60,186 bases of DNA from an uncultured Lachnospiraceae bacterium (lineage in GTDB: Bacteria > Bacillota > Clostridia > Lachnospirales > Lachnospiraceae): NCBI GenBank assembly GCA_949879775.1, contig CATLBW010000001.1, positions 1 to 60,186 of the forward strand. Direction: 5' to 3'. Below, in pieces: positions 59,108 to 60,186 of the stretch (its first letter is position 1; every line of letters starts with the position of its first letter). The notes under the pieces were generated by a model. The model searched no databases, was not told the DNA's origin, and was given only the letters and a program-made list of their open reading frames with translations. The translations under genes and the position numbers were made by a program.

Positions 59108-60186
59108 CTAAATCCCAAAATAAGCGTCCAGCCCATCGGCAATCCCGGTGGAAATCTTCTGCTGGTAGCCGTCGTCCGCCATATTGGCGTCTTCCGTGGG
59201 GTTCGTCATAAACCCCATCTCAATAATCGTCACAGGGACCGTGCACCAATTAATGCCGCTCATGCTGTCCGTCTCCCAAATGCTCTGCTTATTGGCGCCA
59301 GTGGCATTCACAACACCATCCAGCACGCATTCTGACAGCTTCCGGCACTGGCTGTAGAGATTGCCCATATAAGGGTTGCCGGAAGTCGGGCAGATTGTCA
59401 GCGCGCCATTTTGCGCGCTGTCGTCAGAGCCGTTGGCATGGACGCGGATAAACGCGTCCGCTCCTGCATTGTTGGCAACTGCCGCCCTCTCGCTGTTGCT
59501 GATATCCACATCATGGCTGGTACGCACCATCATCACCTGGTAGCCCCTGGCCTCCAGCTCTTCCTGTAATTTCAATGATACCTGAAGCGTAAGCTCATAT
59601 TCCTTAAGCCCAGTAGCGCAGCCGGTCGTGCCGCTGGCAACTTTGGGCTTCGTCTCAGAAGCCCCAGGTCCAATCGGCTCTTGAGTGCTGTTGCCCTGCG
59701 CCTGATGCCCGGCGTCTATCACCACCAGGTAACCATTGTCTGTCATTTCCGACGCCAGCATCAGGAATTCCGATGCAATATAGTACTCTTCCCCTTCTAT
59801 CTGCACTGCGCTCCAGGTCCCGTCATCCGCCGTCCTCGTAAAGCTGCTCCTGCGAGGCGCCGTCTGATAAACTTCGCTGTCCGTGGAGGGGGCTTTCCTT
59901 ACGTTAACGGAAGATGTCGTCACAACCTCTTCCTGCGCATACGTTACCGTGTCCGGGTCCAAGGATGGGGCTGCGCTTACTTCTTCCTCTGCTTCTTCCT
60001 CTGCGTCCTCCTGCACATTTTCATCCTCCGCCTGGCTGCCCCCATCCTCTAAGGCATCAGCCCCCTCCCCTTCTTTGCCCTTTTCCGGGGCGTTATCCTG
60101 ATGCCCTTGTTCTTGATATTTCTCGATCGTGGTTGACTCCTTCTGCTTTGGCGCAGCCTTCTTGCCAGCACATCCCTGCAGCAACA
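59108..60186 (-). CDS. N-acetylmuramoyl-L-alanine amidase (Amidase_3) with SH3 domain, likely lipoprotein; 5' end outside the window
   Basis: LQGC lipobox; VNVRKAPSTDS SH3b; VVIDAGH, EYELTL, RVHAN, IIEMGFMTN. Confidence 0.9.
   Translation of the reverse strand, partial: LLQGCAGKKAAPKQKESTTIEKYQEQGHQDNAPEKGKEGEGADALEDGGSQAEDENVQEDAEEEAEEEVSAAPSLDPDTVTYAQEEVVTTSSVNVRKAPSTDSEVYQTAPRRSSFTRTADDGTWSAVQIEGEEYYIASEFLMLASEMTDNGYLVVIDAGHQAQGNSTQEPIGPGASETKPKVASGTTGCATGLKEYELTLQVSLKLQEELEARGYQVMMVRTSHDVDISNSERAAVANNAGADAFIRVHANGSDDSAQNGALTICPTSGNPYMGNLYSQCRKLSECVLDGVVNATGANKQSIWETDSMSGINWCTVPVTIIEMGFMTNPTEDANMADDGYQQKISTGIADGLDAYFGI

Overview
About 60 kb of chromosome from a motile Clostridia-class bacterium. 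Gene families and flagellin type suggest Lachnospiraceae (inference). The backbone is mostly minus-strand housekeeping genes: nadE, hslO, recJ, asnS, pncB, hom, an ApgM-like mutase and prfB. It also carries envelope-stress operons (PadR-DUF1700-DUF4097; SPFH/zinc-ribbon/TPM), two soluble chemoreceptors and an orphan sigma28-type flagellin. Two accessory blocks stand out. (1) About 27.9-36.3 kb: regulator/flavodoxin cassette, an Rpn-like PD-(D/E)XK gene, a three-gene cohesin-dockerin-sortase B module with no CAZyme in the window, a resolvase pseudogene, and a type I toxin-antitoxin locus missed by the ORF track. (2) 45.4-49.5 kb: an operon of a DUF2589 protein, a DUF2589-like partner, two unknown proteins and a cyclase-less LanM-type (DUF4135) kinase/dehydratase, with no precursor peptide or transporter. 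This second block is the best candidate for an undescribed system. prfB has its programmed frameshift at CTT-TAA instead of the usual CTT-TGA. Several REP/MITE-like palindromes lie in intergenic regions. No rRNA, tRNA or CRISPR array was seen. All family calls come from motif recognition by eye; no database search was run.
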